The notes below the pieces were generated by a model. That model saw nothing but the letters and a program-made list of their open reading frames with translations, had not been told where the DNA came from and ran no database searches. Below, piece after piece: positions 1-13,493 of a stretch of 64,000 nucleotides of DNA. The DNA comes from Elusimicrobia bacterium CG_4_9_14_3_um_filter_62_55 (GTDB taxonomy: Bacteria > Elusimicrobiota > Elusimicrobia > UBA1565). Made by a program: the position numbers and the translations under genes. The stretch lies in assembly GCA_002790095.1 (NCBI GenBank), contig PFUL01000184.1, positions 2,740-66,739 of the forward strand, given 5' to 3'. Every line of letters begins with the position of its first letter. Position 1 is the stretch's first letter.

Positions 1-4
1 CCCT

Positions 5-104
5 GTGCCGTTAGCACTGCGCGCTGTCCGAGCGCCCAGCACAACGGCACTGCCGTGCCGTTAGCACTGCGCGCTGTCCGAGCGCCCAGCACAACGGCAC
101 TGCC
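5..104. repeat. Two tandem copies of a 50-bp unit (gtgccgttagcactgcgcgctgtccgagcgcccagcacaacggcactgcc) plus a partial third copy at 105-114 that runs into the pilA stop codon. The array is truncated by the window edge.
   Basis: Direct reading: two identical 50-mers at 5-54 and 55-104. Each unit begins and ends with complementary octamers (GTGCCGTT...AACGGCAC) and can fold. Unit length is not a multiple of 3 and the array lies downstream of the pilA stop. Confidence 0.85.
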
Positions 105-110
105 GTGCCG

Positions 111-554
<444 letters not shown>

Positions 555-645
555 ACAGCTTCCCTCCTTTGTACCGGTATTGTAAGCAGGAGTAATTCGT
601 TCGATTCCGGTCCTCATGGAAGCCGTCAACTGCGACTGAGCTAGT

Positions 646-2169
646 TTAGCGTCGCGAGCGACCAAAGTCAATAGGGTCGAGAGTGACTTTGGTGCCTGGA
701 TTAATCCTGGCACCCGCGAGCCCAAAAACGACGGTTTTCTCCTGTGAATTGCTGTATAAAACTCTAAAGTCAGGCCCCTGCAGCTGAGCGCGAAAATCTC
801 TCAGGCGGCGAGCCGAGGCGAAGCGCTCCCCGAGCGAGGAACCGATGTCCGGAAGCCCTGCCCAGAGGATGTAGGACACCCCCCTCTCCTGCATCCGACC
901 GGTCAACGGCCCCTCTCCGGTGGGGAGCGGGATGAACGGACGCCCCGTATAATAGGCGTCCCGACAGTAGAACGCCGAGGCGAACAACGCGCCGGGTTCG
1001 GCGAACGCGCGGATCGCCGCATAGGTCTCAGCGGCCTCCGGGCGGTAGCGTAGATTCTGGCGGGAGACCAGCACCGCGCCCTGCCCCGGAACGGTGAGCA
1101 GCGCGCACGCGGCCAAAACGACGCCGGCGCGCCGGGAAACGAATTCCAACGCCGCGGCCCACCCGAACACGAGAACCGGCAGGAACGGCGGCAAATAGCG
1201 TTCGTACCAATAGGGCCAGAACGCGTGCAGAAGAATTCCGAAACCCAGATAGACGGCGGCGGTCTGATAACCGTCGGCACGAACGCGGCGAAGCATGCCC
1301 CAACCGGCGGCGGCCCAAGCCCCGGCGCCGACGACGAGCGCGACAGTCGGCGTTCCCGGCTGCGGACGCCACGCAAGCAAGGACTCTCCGAGCAACCGCA
1401 TCCCCTGGGAGGCGTTGTTTCCCGCAATCACAAAGAGCGCGCCGATCCCTTCGACGCCGAGGGTGTTCCACAACTCCCCCTGCTCCGCTAATCCCGCGCC
1501 GGCCCAATCGCTCCACAGCTTCCAAGCCGCGACCGCCGACATCCAAATCGCCGCCGCCGCCCCAGCGTCCTTCCAACGACGGCGGGAGGCGTAGGCGCCT
1601 AAGACTGCGGGAACCAAGGGCACGGACGCCGTGCGAATCAGCCAGCAAAAGGCGAGCAGCAGTCCTCCCGCCCAACCGGACGGGGGATCGTCCCGGTCGA
1701 ACAGCAGAAACGCCCCAAGGACGAACGCGAGATACGGGATCTCGTTCATCACCACGCCCGCGCGCGATAAGACGAGCGGATTGAGCGCGAACAGCGCGGT
1801 CGCCGCGCCGGCGACCGAAGGCGAAAAGCGCTTTCTCAGCCACAACCACAACAGAGCGTCGCACGCCAACAACCACGCCCACGTCCACAATTGATATCCG
1901 AGCGGGTTGTCTCCGCTCACCAGCGCCGCGGGAGTCAGCAGCAGCGGCCATCCCGGACTGGCGATGGTCAGCGGCGGATCGCCGGGGAGAATTCCCAGCG
2001 AATAGCGGCCTTCGAGCAGCGACCGGGCGGCGAGCACGTACTGCACGTCGTCGTGCTCGAAACCGAGGTAATGCCCGGGCACGCACAGCAGTTGAAACAG
2101 CCCGAGGGAGACGAGCAGCGCTCCGGGGAACCAACGTCCCCCCGGTCGCAGCCGCTCCCAAAGCGTCAA
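646..2169 (-). CDS. Polytopic GT-C fold glycosyltransferase-like membrane protein (ArnT/PMT-like, GT39/83 type)
   Basis: 507 aa with many predicted TM segments and an N-terminal EHDDVQY (DE..Y-like) motif typical of GT-C transferases. Its start abuts the nagZ stop (2166-2169). Confidence 0.5.
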   Translation of the reverse strand: MTLWERLRPGGRWFPGALLVSLGLFQLLCVPGHYLGFEHDDVQYVLAARSLLEGRYSLGILPGDPPLTIASPGWPLLLTPAALVSGDNPLGYQLWTWAWLLACDALLWLWLRKRFSPSVAGAATALFALNPLVLSRAGVVMNEIPYLAFVLGAFLLFDRDDPPSGWAGGLLLAFCWLIRTASVPLVPAVLGAYASRRRWKDAGAAAAIWMSAVAAWKLWSDWAGAGLAEQGELWNTLGVEGIGALFVIAGNNASQGMRLLGESLLAWRPQPGTPTVALVVGAGAWAAAGWGMLRRVRADGYQTAAVYLGFGILLHAFWPYWYERYLPPFLPVLVFGWAAALEFVSRRAGVVLAACALLTVPGQGAVLVSRQNLRYRPEAAETYAAIRAFAEPGALFASAFYCRDAYYTGRPFIPLPTGEGPLTGRMQERGVSYILWAGLPDIGSSLGERFASARRLRDFRAQLQGPDFRVLYSNSQEKTVVFGLAGARINPGTKVTLDPIDFGRSRR

Positions 2170-3242
2170 AAGTCCTCCACCGGGGAATGCGAGGCCTTTG
2201 ATTCCACGCGGCCCGCCCCTTTCGCGAGCACCGCCTCCCGCAATTGACCGATCTCCGCGTCCGTTTCCCGAAACGCTTCCAGGGAGAACGGTTCAGGCGG
2301 GGCCAATTTCGCCCGCAGCGCCGCCTGCCGTTTCAAATCGACCGAGGCTTTCGAAACGCCGTTCGCGGCTTCGGCCGCCAGCTTCATCCGATGACAGATC
2401 AGGATCAGGTCCGTTCCCGCCTCCGCGGCCAAACGGACGCTTTCGCCCAGAGACCACTTCCCCGTGATGGCGCCCATGTCGAGATCGTCGGAAACGACCC
2501 ATCCCGGAAACTTCAGGCGGCCGCGCAGTTCCCCCTCGATCATCGCGCGCGAAAGACTCGCGGGAAGCCCAGAGGCGTCGACCTTCGGGTACAGGGCGTG
2601 CCCCATCATCACGCAGTCGAGACGCTCTCGCAGCGCGGCGTACGGCGCCCACTCGTTGGCGAGAAGATCGTCCGGAGCGCGGTCCACAGTGGGAAGCGCA
2701 TAATGCGGATCGACGGCGGCGCCCGAATACCCGGGGAAATGCTTCCCGCAGCCTAGAATTCCCTCAGCCCGCATCGCGTCAAGGAAGACTCCCGCATTGC
2801 GCGCGACCTCTCCCGCCGTTCTCCCCCAGGTTCTCCCGCGAAGGGAGTTCTCGGCGTCGTCGTTGAACGCGATGTCGAGAACGGGACAGAGATCGAGGTT
2901 GAAGCCGAACAGCCGCAGCAGGCGTCCCGTGAGCGCTCCATGGCGCTCCATGAGTTCGAGGTCGCCGACGTCGCGCAGCTGCACCGCGTGCGGCGGTTCC
3001 TGACCGAGCTCTTTAAGCCGGGATACCCGCCCGCCCTCCTGATCGATCGTGATCACCGGCTCGACATCGCAGGCGTCGCGCAGGCCGTCGATCAACTCCC
3101 GCAGCTGCCTGGGCTCTTGGATGTTCCGGGAAAAGAGAATGAATCCTCCGGGCCGAACGTCTTCAATGATGCGGCGGGTTTGTGCATCGAGAATCGGACC
3201 GGGGACGCCGAATACGAGGGCATGCGTGGGTTTAAGTTCCAT
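2166..3242 (-). CDS. nagZ: Beta-N-acetylhexosaminidase (GH3)
   Basis: Motifs IDQEGGRVSRL and GCGKHFPGYSG are typical of NagZ. The start was taken at MELKP because the track ORF start (3353) would overlap the tRNA. Confidence 0.8.
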   Translation of the reverse strand: MELKPTHALVFGVPGPILDAQTRRIIEDVRPGGFILFSRNIQEPRQLRELIDGLRDACDVEPVITIDQEGGRVSRLKELGQEPPHAVQLRDVGDLELMERHGALTGRLLRLFGFNLDLCPVLDIAFNDDAENSLRGRTWGRTAGEVARNAGVFLDAMRAEGILGCGKHFPGYSGAAVDPHYALPTVDRAPDDLLANEWAPYAALRERLDCVMMGHALYPKVDASGLPASLSRAMIEGELRGRLKFPGWVVSDDLDMGAITGKWSLGESVRLAAEAGTDLILICHRMKLAAEAANGVSKASVDLKRQAALRAKLAPPEPFSLEAFRETDAEIGQLREAVLAKGAGRVESKASHSPVEDF

Positions 3243-3310
3243 TATAAAGGAAGATACAAAACAGGAAGCCCCTCGCGAAGCGAGAGGCTTTTCCGAATAC
3301 GATGAGTGGG

Positions 3311-3395
3311 TGCGCAGGATGGGAGTCGAACCCACAAGGACTTGCGTCCACACGCTCCTGAGGCGTGCGCGTCTGCCAGTTCCGCCACCTGCGCG
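3311..3395 (-). tRNA. tRNA-Leu (anticodon CAG), class II with long variable arm
   Basis: Hand-folded 84-nt sequence GCGCAGG..CCTGCGCA. It has a 7-bp acceptor stem, a 3-bp D stem, anticodon loop CTCAGGA (U33, CAG, G37), a GGAC/GTCC variable arm and a GTGGG-TTCGACT-CCCAT T arm. CCA is not encoded. Confidence 0.85.
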
Positions 3396-3456
3396 TGGCC
3401 GCAGTATACCATTTCGGCCCCCGGACTCGCCGGGGGCAATTTGCTAAACTCGAATC

Positions 3457-3936
3457 TTGTCGAAGAAAAAAGCCGATCCGGATAAAATTCTGATCGCCTC
3501 CAACAAGAAGGCGCGGTTCCACTACGAAATTTTCGACGTGGTCGAAGCCGGGCTGAGCCTCAAAGGCCCCGAGGTCAAATCCTTGCGGGACAGCAAGGCC
3601 CGCCTGGAAGGGGCCTTCGCGCGCCTGGAAGGGTCCCGGGTGTTTTTGCATCACCTCTACATCGCCCCCTACTCCCACAACACGGGCGAGGAAATTGACC
3701 CCGAGCGGACCCGCCCCCTTCTGCTCCACCGCAAGGAAATCGAGAAAATTCGCAAAGGCGTCGACCAAAAAGGCCTGACGGTGGTCGCTCTCGAACTCTA
3801 CTTCCGCAAGGGATGGGCGAAGGTCGCCGTCGCGCTGGCCAAGGGGAAAAGGGGCGCGGACAAGAGAGATACGCTGAAGCGAAAAGCGCAATCCCGCGAA
3901 CTCGAACGGTCGTTCAAGGGCAAATTCCGGGTTTAA
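3457..3936 (+). CDS. smpB: SsrA-binding protein
   Basis: ARFHYEI..EAGLSLKGPEVKSLR and a basic C-terminal tail are characteristic of SmpB. Uses a TTG start. Confidence 0.88.
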   Translation: MSKKKADPDKILIASNKKARFHYEIFDVVEAGLSLKGPEVKSLRDSKARLEGAFARLEGSRVFLHHLYIAPYSHNTGEEIDPERTRPLLLHRKEIEKIRKGVDQKGLTVVALELYFRKGWAKVAVALAKGKRGADKRDTLKRKAQSRELERSFKGKFRV

Positions 3937-3938
3937 CG

Positions 3939-5570
3939 ATGACGGGTCCCGCCCTGCCGCTGGCGCTGTTCGCGCTCGCCATCGGCGGGCTGAGAAATCC
4001 GTGGGCCCTGGGCGCCGCGTCCGTCTTTCTTTGGGGCGCCGTCGCCGCCGCCCCCGAAGGACTGCGGCGGCTCCCCGGCGCGCGGCTTTGGATCGCCTGG
4101 CTGCTCTGGTCGGCTGTGAGCGCCGCGCTTTCCGCCGAACCGCTGCGAGGACTGGCCGCGTTATCGTTGCGGGCCTCGGCGTTCGGTCTCTTGACGCTCG
4201 CGGCCTCCGCCGAAGATGGGCCGACGCAATGGGTCCGTGCCGTCCTCGGGGCGGCGCTCGCAATCGAAGCCGCGTCTTGGCTGGTCGCGGTTCCGGGATT
4301 TGATTTCGTCGGTGTTCTCTATCCCTACTACAACTACACGGGCGCGGTCGCGTCCGTCGCGGCGGTACTCGGCTTCGGACTTCTTCTGGGCCGCTCCAAA
4401 AAGGACCGCTTATTCGGAGGCGCAGTCTGCGCCATCTCCGTTGTATGGATACTCTGCGCCTCCAGCCGCGGGAGCGCCTTGGCCTCCGTCGTGGGCATCG
4501 GGGTTGTACTTCTGCGCGCGCGGCGCTTTCGCGTGCTGGCCGCCTTCGCCGCGGCGTTTGCGCTCACCCTCGCGCTGCTGTTCACCGCGGGTTCCCCGCT
4601 GCTCAAACTCGACCGCCCTTCCTCTAATCTTCGGCCGCGCCTTTGGTCGGCCGCCCTCTCCGTCGCGAAGGACGCCCCCTTCTTCGGACAGGGGCCGGGG
4701 CAATTCGACCGCGGGTTCTTAAAACACAATTTCCCGGCCGCGCCGGAGGAAGCTCCGACGCGCTACGGGATCGTCTCCAAACATGCCCACTCGGAACCGC
4801 TGCAGGAAGCCGCGGAAACCGGATTCCCCGGGGCGCTGCTGCTCTTGGCCGCGCTGCTGACGACGATGACCGCCGCATGGCGACGGTCGGATCTCCTCGA
4901 TCCCCGGGCGGCCGCGTGCGCGGCGCTGCTCGCCCATGCCTGTTTCGACAATCTATTTGCGCTTCCCGCGCTTGAGTGGTTGTTCTTCGCGATGCTCGGC
5001 TCGACGGCCTCCGGCCCACCGAGGGACGCGCCGAGATTCCCCGCCGCGGCCTTGCCTTTCGCAGGCGCCGCGCTCGCCGCGTTCGCCTGGTGGCCCGCCT
5101 GGACCGTTGCCTCCGCCCGCGCGGACGGAAGCGAGGACGCTTTGCTCCGCGCCCTCGCGACGGCCCCGCGCGATCCTGATTTGTGGGGAGAGCTCGCCTT
5201 CCGGAGAGCCCAGGAGGGACGTCCGAGAGAGGCGCTCGACGCCCTAAGGGCCGCAGAATCCCTGCATCCCACTCACGCGCTGTATCCGCTGATGGGCGCC
5301 GGCATCTTCCAAGCGGGACGGCGCTGGAACGCGGCGCTCTTGTTGAGCGAACGCGTCCTCGCGCTGGAACCGCGAGCGGCCCAAGCGAAACTGATGCGCT
5401 GCGAAGCGCTGTTGGAGATGGGGCGTCGGGGTGAAGCCGCAGAGCAACTGAAGCGCTTTTACGCGGAAACCGACCGGAGCGGGAATTTCAAGGCGATGCG
5501 GGAATACCCGCGCTTCATCCTCGGCTACGATGAAGACCTGCTGACGCGGCTCGAGGCGCGGCTTCGCTAG
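3939..5570 (+). CDS. O-antigen ligase family (Wzy_C) polytopic membrane protein with C-terminal TPR repeats
   Basis: Start taken at MTGPALPLALFAL immediately after the smpB stop. Wzy_C signature KHAHSEPLQEAAETGFPG is present, followed by TPR-like helices. The track ORF start (3813) overlaps smpB. Confidence 0.7.
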   Translation: MTGPALPLALFALAIGGLRNPWALGAASVFLWGAVAAAPEGLRRLPGARLWIAWLLWSAVSAALSAEPLRGLAALSLRASAFGLLTLAASAEDGPTQWVRAVLGAALAIEAASWLVAVPGFDFVGVLYPYYNYTGAVASVAAVLGFGLLLGRSKKDRLFGGAVCAISVVWILCASSRGSALASVVGIGVVLLRARRFRVLAAFAAAFALTLALLFTAGSPLLKLDRPSSNLRPRLWSAALSVAKDAPFFGQGPGQFDRGFLKHNFPAAPEEAPTRYGIVSKHAHSEPLQEAAETGFPGALLLLAALLTTMTAAWRRSDLLDPRAAACAALLAHACFDNLFALPALEWLFFAMLGSTASGPPRDAPRFPAAALPFAGAALAAFAWWPAWTVASARADGSEDALLRALATAPRDPDLWGELAFRRAQEGRPREALDALRAAESLHPTHALYPLMGAGIFQAGRRWNAALLLSERVLALEPRAAQAKLMRCEALLEMGRRGEAAEQLKRFYAETDRSGNFKAMREYPRFILGYDEDLLTRLEARLR

Positions 5571-5571
5571 A

Positions 5572-6303
5572 TTAGAAACGGATTCCGATTCCGGAATCGA
5601 CGCCGACGCGGTTCGTGTAGGTCGCCGCGAAATGCAGGTACACGTACGCCTTTGGGCGGAGACTGAGTCCGACTGTCGCCCGCGGCACAACGACGCTCAC
5701 CGCCTCTCCGAGCAGCGCGGGATCGCGTACCGGGGAGGAGCGAACAACCAATCGGGTGCGGTCGGCGCCCGCTCCGAGATAGGGAGAGAACTTCTTAAAA
5801 TTGAGCGAGGCCACCAGGTTCAAACCGGTCTGACTCGCGGAGAACTGCTGATGCGCGACCGAGTGTGCGGACCATGCCACGAGCACCTGCGGCAGCCAGG
5901 GACTTTCGGTCTTCTTGTTGATCCCGTAGCGCATACCGCCGCCTGCGATCGTCGTTCCCTGAAAACTCACGCCCCGAATATAGCCGTCCAAGCCGAAGGG
6001 GAGGCCGATCTCGGCCTGCACCCACGGAAGCCCGAACCCCTTCGTTCCCTTGTCGCGAAGCGGGCGGTTCCCCGCTTCCGAATTGAACCGAAACCCGCCC
6101 CGTATTCCGACGTCGAACCCGGAAAAGCCCAAGCTCGCCCCGTTGTGAAAAGTGGCTGCGCCAAGCACCGCTCCCAAATCGCGGGCGAACGGCTTTAGCG
6201 AAGGGCGATCCGCGTATTGCTGAAAGCCCCCAAACGGGTCTTCGGCCCAGGCGGTCGCGGAAGCCAGAAGCAGCGAAATAACGCAATAAAACAGCTTTTT
6301 CAA
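5572..6303 (-). CDS. Outer-membrane beta-barrel protein (signal peptide, C-terminal Phe)
   Basis: TTG start gives MKKLFYCVISLLLASATAWA|EDP as a signal peptide. The protein has alternating beta-strand character and ends ...GIGIRF. The track ORF is extended upstream. Confidence 0.6.
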   Translation of the reverse strand: MKKLFYCVISLLLASATAWAEDPFGGFQQYADRPSLKPFARDLGAVLGAATFHNGASLGFSGFDVGIRGGFRFNSEAGNRPLRDKGTKGFGLPWVQAEIGLPFGLDGYIRGVSFQGTTIAGGGMRYGINKKTESPWLPQVLVAWSAHSVAHQQFSASQTGLNLVASLNFKKFSPYLGAGADRTRLVVRSSPVRDPALLGEAVSVVVPRATVGLSLRPKAYVYLHFAATYTNRVGVDSGIGIRF

Positions 6304-6355
6304 AAAGTTATCCAGAGAGATATCCCCATTTTCACCAACGCATGTTAACAAAATT

Positions 6356-7147
6356 TCACCCTCGACGACGAACGCTCCGAGAGCCCGCAAGCGTCGTGCC
6401 GGTCGCGGCCAGGCGAATACCCTCTAGCGTCAAGTTTGCCAAATAGACGGCGGGGCGACGGAGAGCCCCGCAAAACAGACGCCCCAACCCGCCCGTAACG
6501 AGCACAGCGGGAGGTTTCTTCCCCCCCATTTCGCGGATTGTCTCTTCCAGGACCCGGTCGATCATCCCCAAATACCCGAAGTACAGCCCGGCCTGGAGGC
6601 ACTCGACGGTGTTCTTTCCGATGACGCGGCGCATGGGGCGAATCGGAATCTCAGGCAGCTTTTCCGCCTTGAGCGAGAGCGCCCGGGATGCGACCCCCGG
6701 ACCGGGGAGAATCGCGCCCCCGAGATAATCCCCCCGGCCGTCTACGCAATCGAAGGTCGTCGCGGTTCCAAAATCGACGACGATCGCCGGTCCGCGAGCG
6801 GCGCGATGCGCCGCCAGGGCGTTGGCCAGACGGTCCGCCCCCACCGAGTTCGGCGTGTCGACGAGAAGCCGGATTCCCAAGCGCGAGCGCGGGGTCAATT
6901 CAAACGGCGCCTGTCCGCACGCCGCGCGCGCGGCTTTGCCAAGGCGCGCGTCCAGTGATGGGACGACGCTCGCGATGGCGATCGCGTCGATCTTCCCGAA
7001 CGACGCGATCCGACGCGAGAGCGCGGAAGGCGCGGGAGCGGGAACGGATTCCATCCGGGAACGCCGCGCGAGACGCTCCCCGCGATAGAGACCGAACGTG
7101 AGATTGGTGTTGCCTGCGTCGATGACGAGCAAGGTTTGTCCGCTCAT
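6356..7147 (-). CDS. coaX: Type III pantothenate kinase
   Basis: LLVIDAGNTNLTFGL and VVDFGTATTFD motifs of the Bvg accessory factor/CoaX family. Confidence 0.85.
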   Translation of the reverse strand: MSGQTLLVIDAGNTNLTFGLYRGERLARRSRMESVPAPAPSALSRRIASFGKIDAIAIASVVPSLDARLGKAARAACGQAPFELTPRSRLGIRLLVDTPNSVGADRLANALAAHRAARGPAIVVDFGTATTFDCVDGRGDYLGGAILPGPGVASRALSLKAEKLPEIPIRPMRRVIGKNTVECLQAGLYFGYLGMIDRVLEETIREMGGKKPPAVLVTGGLGRLFCGALRRPAVYLANLTLEGIRLAATGTTLAGSRSVRRRG

Positions 7148-7149
7148 GG

Positions 7150-7200
7150 AAGCGGCGTCGCTTCCGGGGCCGGGAACTTCCGGCCCCGGACGCTTCGGCC
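7150..7200 (-). terminator. Two GC-rich hairpins between the mdh stop and coaX start: gaagcg..gcttc and ccggggccgg-gaactt-ccggccccgg (10-bp stem).
   Basis: Inverted repeats read directly. They lie downstream of mdh on its coding strand. There is no clear U-tract, which is common in high-GC genomes. Confidence 0.4.
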
Positions 7201-7207
7201 GAAGGGG

Positions 7208-10026
<2,819 letters not shown>

Positions 10027-10046
<20 letters not shown>

Positions 10047-11580
10047 GCTTCTTCCGCGGAATATCCGCCTTTTTGTTCCGCAGGAACGCGAAGGCCCGGA
10101 TCAGTTTCGGCCGGGTCTTGCGGGCTTCGATCACCTCGTCGATGTAGCCGCGCTGAGCGGCGAGGTAGGGATTGGCGAATTGCTTCGTATACTCATCGAC
10201 GAGTTCCCGGCGGCGCTTCTCGTGATCGGCGGCCTTTTTGATCTCCTTCGCAAAAAGGATGTTGACCGCGCCCTCAGGCCCCATCACGGCGATTTCCGCG
10301 CAAGGCCAGGCGTAGTTGAAGTCTCCCCGCACGTGCTTGGAGCTCATCACGTCGTACGCGCCGCCGTACGCCTTGCGCAGAATCACGGTCACCTTAGGGA
10401 CCGTGGCCTCGCAGTAGGCGTAGAGCAGCTTCGCTCCGCGGCGGATGATTCCTCGATGTTCCTGCTCCCTACCGGGCCAATAGCCGGGCACGTCCACCAA
10501 GGTCAGCAGTGGAACGCTGAACGCGTCGCAAAAGCGAACGAAGCGGGCCGCTTTCTCCGAGGCCTGGATGTCCAAGGCCCCCGAGAGCACCTTGGAATTA
10601 TTGGCGACCACTCCGACGGTGCGCCCCTCGAGACGGATAAAGCCGCAGAGGATGTTGCGCGCCCAGTCCTGATGGACTTCGAGGAAGTTGGCTCCGTCGC
10701 CGATCTCGCGGATCACCTCGAGGGTGTCGAAGGCATGGCGCGCGGCCCTGCGTGAAATGCGGTCGAGCGTCTCCGATTCCCGCTTGGGATCGTCGGAATT
10801 CGCCTTCACTCTTGGGAGTTCCCGGTAATTCTGCGGCAGATAATCAAGCAATTCCCGGATCATGCGGAAACACTGCTGCTCCGAATTCGCGACAAAATGA
10901 CAGACTCCGGACTTTGAGGCGTGCGCGTCGGATCCGCCGAGTTCGTCGAAATCGCACTCTTCCCCGGTGGCCGCCCGAACGACTTCGGGACCGGTGATGA
11001 ACATGTGGCTCTCGCCGCGGACCATGAACACGAAATCGGTCATCGCGGGTGAATAAACCGCGCCTCCGGCGCACGGTCCCAGAATCGCCGAAATCTGGGG
11101 GATGCGTCCGGACGACTGGACGTTTCGCCAAAAGATCTCCGCGTAGCCTCCGAGCGCGTCGACGCCTTCCTGAATGCGTGCGCCGCCGGAGTCGCTGAGC
11201 CCGATCACCGGAACTCCCGTCTTGTCGGCGAGATCCATGATCTTGCAGATCTTCTCCGCGTGAGCGAGCCCGAGGGATCCCCCGAGGACGGTGAAATCCT
11301 GGCTGTACACGGCGACGCTCCGCCCCCGAATCTTGCCGAGTCCGGTCACGACGCCGTCCGCCGGGATATCCCTGTCTGCGAGTCCGAACTCCCGAGCCCG
11401 CGTCTTTCGGAGCAGATCGATTTCCTCGAAGCTGTCCTCGTCAAGCAGGTGCTCGATGCGCTGACGCGCGGAAAACTTGCCTGTCTTAGCGCGCGCTTTG
11501 ACGCGCTCGTCGCCGCCTCCGGCGCGGGCCTTTTCCTGCAGCTTTCGAAGCGCTTCGGCCTTGTCGCTGATGATCTTCAT
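10027..11580 (-). CDS. Acyl-CoA carboxylase carboxyltransferase subunit (propionyl-CoA carboxylase beta / methylmalonyl-CoA carboxyltransferase family)
   Basis: Start taken at MKIISDKAEALRKLQEK. Full-length similarity pattern to PccB/AccD5 (e.g. GGARIQEGVDALGGYAEIF). Confidence 0.85.
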
Positions 11581-11990
11581 TAAGGAGCTCCTACCAGTTC
11601 TAAAAGCGCGCCGCCGCAATCCTTGGGGTGTAAAAAGCAAACGTGATGTCCCCGGGCGCCGGGACGCGGGGCTTCTTGAAGCGGAGGCCGCCCGGAGGAC
11701 TTCAACCGCGCCATCTCGCGGCCGACGGAGTCCGCGTGAAACGCGAGGTGATGGAGACCCGGACCGCGCTTACGTAGAAATGAGGCGATCGCCCCCTCCT
11801 CGCCGGTCGGTTCGAGCAGTTCGATCTCGGTCGCGCCCTCCGCTTCACCCGGATGCCCGAGAAAGGCCACGCGGACCTTCTGCGTCCTCACTTCTTCGCG
11901 ATGGGTGAGCACCAGTCCGGCGGTTTCCTCATACAGGCGGATCGCGTCATCGAGATTTTCCACCGCGATGCCGATGTGGTCGATCCTCAC
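11580..11990 (-). CDS. mce: Methylmalonyl-CoA epimerase (VOC/glyoxalase fold)
   Basis: [17 protein letters not shown] motifs, typical MCE size, and pathway context. Confidence 0.8.
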   Translation of the reverse strand: MRIDHIGIAVENLDDAIRLYEETAGLVLTHREEVRTQKVRVAFLGHPGEAEGATEIELLEPTGEEGAIASFLRKRGPGLHHLAFHADSVGREMARLKSSGRPPLQEAPRPGARGHHVCFLHPKDCGGALLELVGAP

Positions 11991-13021
11991 GCACCGCCTC
12001 TAATGAGCTTGCGGCCTAAAGTCAACGGGTCGGATTTCTTATCCAAAAGCAGATCGATGTGCCGCTCCGTCACGCGGTCCAGCGTGCTGCGTGTGATCAG
12101 CCGGGAAATCAACAGGGAGAGTTCTTTGCGCAATTGCCGCTTGCGTCTTTCAAGCAGTTTTCCGGTTTCCTCGAGATGCCGGCCGTGGTCCACGATGGAG
12201 CCAAGAAGTTCCTCGACGCCTTTCTTCGTGCGGGCGGAGACGGCGTGAACCGGAACGACCCAGGCCCCTTCTTCCGCGTCCGGACCGAGGCTCATCGCGT
12301 CGCGGATGTTCGCGACGGCCTTGTCCACTTCCTCGAGATCGGCCTTGTTGACGGCGAAGACGTCGGCGATCTCCATCGTCCCCGCTTTCATCGCCTGAAA
12401 CTCGTCGCCTTGATACGGCGCCGTGACGCACACGACCGTATCGACGACGTCGACGATCTCCACCTCGTCCTGCCCGGTTCCGACCGTTTCGATGAAAATC
12501 CAGTCGAACCCCCTCTTTCCCTTCGCGGCTTCATAGGCCTGAAGCACGTGAATCGCGGCGAAAATAGTTTCATTGAGTCCGCCGACCATCCCGCGGGTCG
12601 CCAGGCTGCGGAAGAATACGCCCTCGTCGAGCGCGTGTTCCTGAACGCGAATGCGGTCTCCCAGGAAGGCGCCTCCCGTGTAGGCGCTGCTCGGGTCCAC
12701 CGCGAGCACCGCCACCGTTTCCGCGTCCTTTCGGACGCGGGCGACGAGAGCGTTTACAAGACTGGATTTCCCGCTGCCGGGGGATCCGCACAACCCTATG
12801 GTCCGGGAACCGCCGTGGTACGGGAAGAATGCCCGCGTCACCGCTTCGTATCCCGAATACTCGTCGGTCACCATCGTGAGCGCCCGCGAGACGGCCCCCT
12901 GATCGCCGCGGCGGACCCGCTCAAGCAGTTCGGGTGCCGCCGCCCGACGGCTTCTGGAGGCGGCACTTCCTCGCGATAGCGCTCGGTCGGCGGTCGCCGC
13001 GCGGCGCTTAGCGGCGCGCAT
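11987..13021 (-). CDS. meaB: Methylmalonyl-CoA mutase-associated GTPase (ArgK/MeaB)
   Basis: P-loop [14 protein letters not shown], and the ArgK family layout. Confidence 0.85.
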   Translation of the reverse strand: MRAAKRRAATADRALSRGSAASRSRRAAAPELLERVRRGDQGAVSRALTMVTDEYSGYEAVTRAFFPYHGGSRTIGLCGSPGSGKSSLVNALVARVRKDAETVAVLAVDPSSAYTGGAFLGDRIRVQEHALDEGVFFRSLATRGMVGGLNETIFAAIHVLQAYEAAKGKRGFDWIFIETVGTGQDEVEIVDVVDTVVCVTAPYQGDEFQAMKAGTMEIADVFAVNKADLEEVDKAVANIRDAMSLGPDAEEGAWVVPVHAVSARTKKGVEELLGSIVDHGRHLEETGKLLERRKRQLRKELSLLISRLITRSTLDRVTERHIDLLLDKKSDPLTLGRKLIRGGA

Positions 13022-13484
13022 GGCGTCCCTTCTTCTTCGCGGCGGCCTTCTTCGCCGTCTTTTTCGGGGACGACTTCCACGAGCCCGTCTCCAGCGCGTC
13101 CTTCAAAAACTCTGCGATCCGCACCGTCGGAGTTCCCGGCCCGAAGACCGCCGCGACCCCGCTCTTCCTAAGGGCGGCCTCGTCTTCTTCGGGAATAATT
13201 CCCCCGCCGAAAACCATCACGTCGTCGAGCCCCGTTTTGCGCAAAAGATCGACGACTTTCGGAAACAAAGTCATGTGCGCTCCGGAAAGGAGGGACAGTC
13301 CGACGGCGTCCACGTCCTCCTGCAGCGCCGTTCGGGCGATCATTTCCGGAGTTTGCCGAATCCCGGTGTAGATCACTTCGAAGCCCGCGTCGCGCAGGGA
13401 GCGAACGATGACCTTCGCCCCGCGGTCGTGCCCGTCGAGACCGGGCTTGGCGATAAGAATTCTATATGCGTTTTTATTGGCCAT
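13008..13484 (-). CDS. Methylmalonyl-CoA mutase B12-binding subunit (small subunit)
   Basis: DGHDRG (DxHxxG) cobalamin-binding motif. 158 aa with an AGGAG RBS. Confidence 0.85.
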   Translation of the reverse strand: MANKNAYRILIAKPGLDGHDRGAKVIVRSLRDAGFEVIYTGIRQTPEMIARTALQEDVDAVGLSLLSGAHMTLFPKVVDLLRKTGLDDVMVFGGGIIPEEDEAALRKSGVAAVFGPGTPTVRIAEFLKDALETGSWKSSPKKTAKKAAAKKKGRHARR

Positions 13485-13493
13485 CGGAATCTC

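Noticed and set aside
1028-2161. Long Arg-rich antisense or alternate-frame ORFs throughout (e.g. 1028..2161, 3232..4263, 8527..9963, 12059..12979, 15068..16480, 16302..18296, 19705..20862, 23994..24992, 25015..25884, 28181..29158, 31307..32218, 32224..33171, 39865..41439, 46146..47153, 54018..55739, 60292..61161)
   Set aside because: They are Arg/Pro/Gly-rich low-complexity translations typical of shadow ORFs in high-GC DNA. Each lies opposite or overlaps a gene with clear family signatures.
3243-3456. Possibility of an integrated element at tRNA-Leu
   Set aside because: The tRNA is flanked directly by nagZ and smpB with only short spacers. There is no integrase and no direct repeat of the tRNA 3' end.
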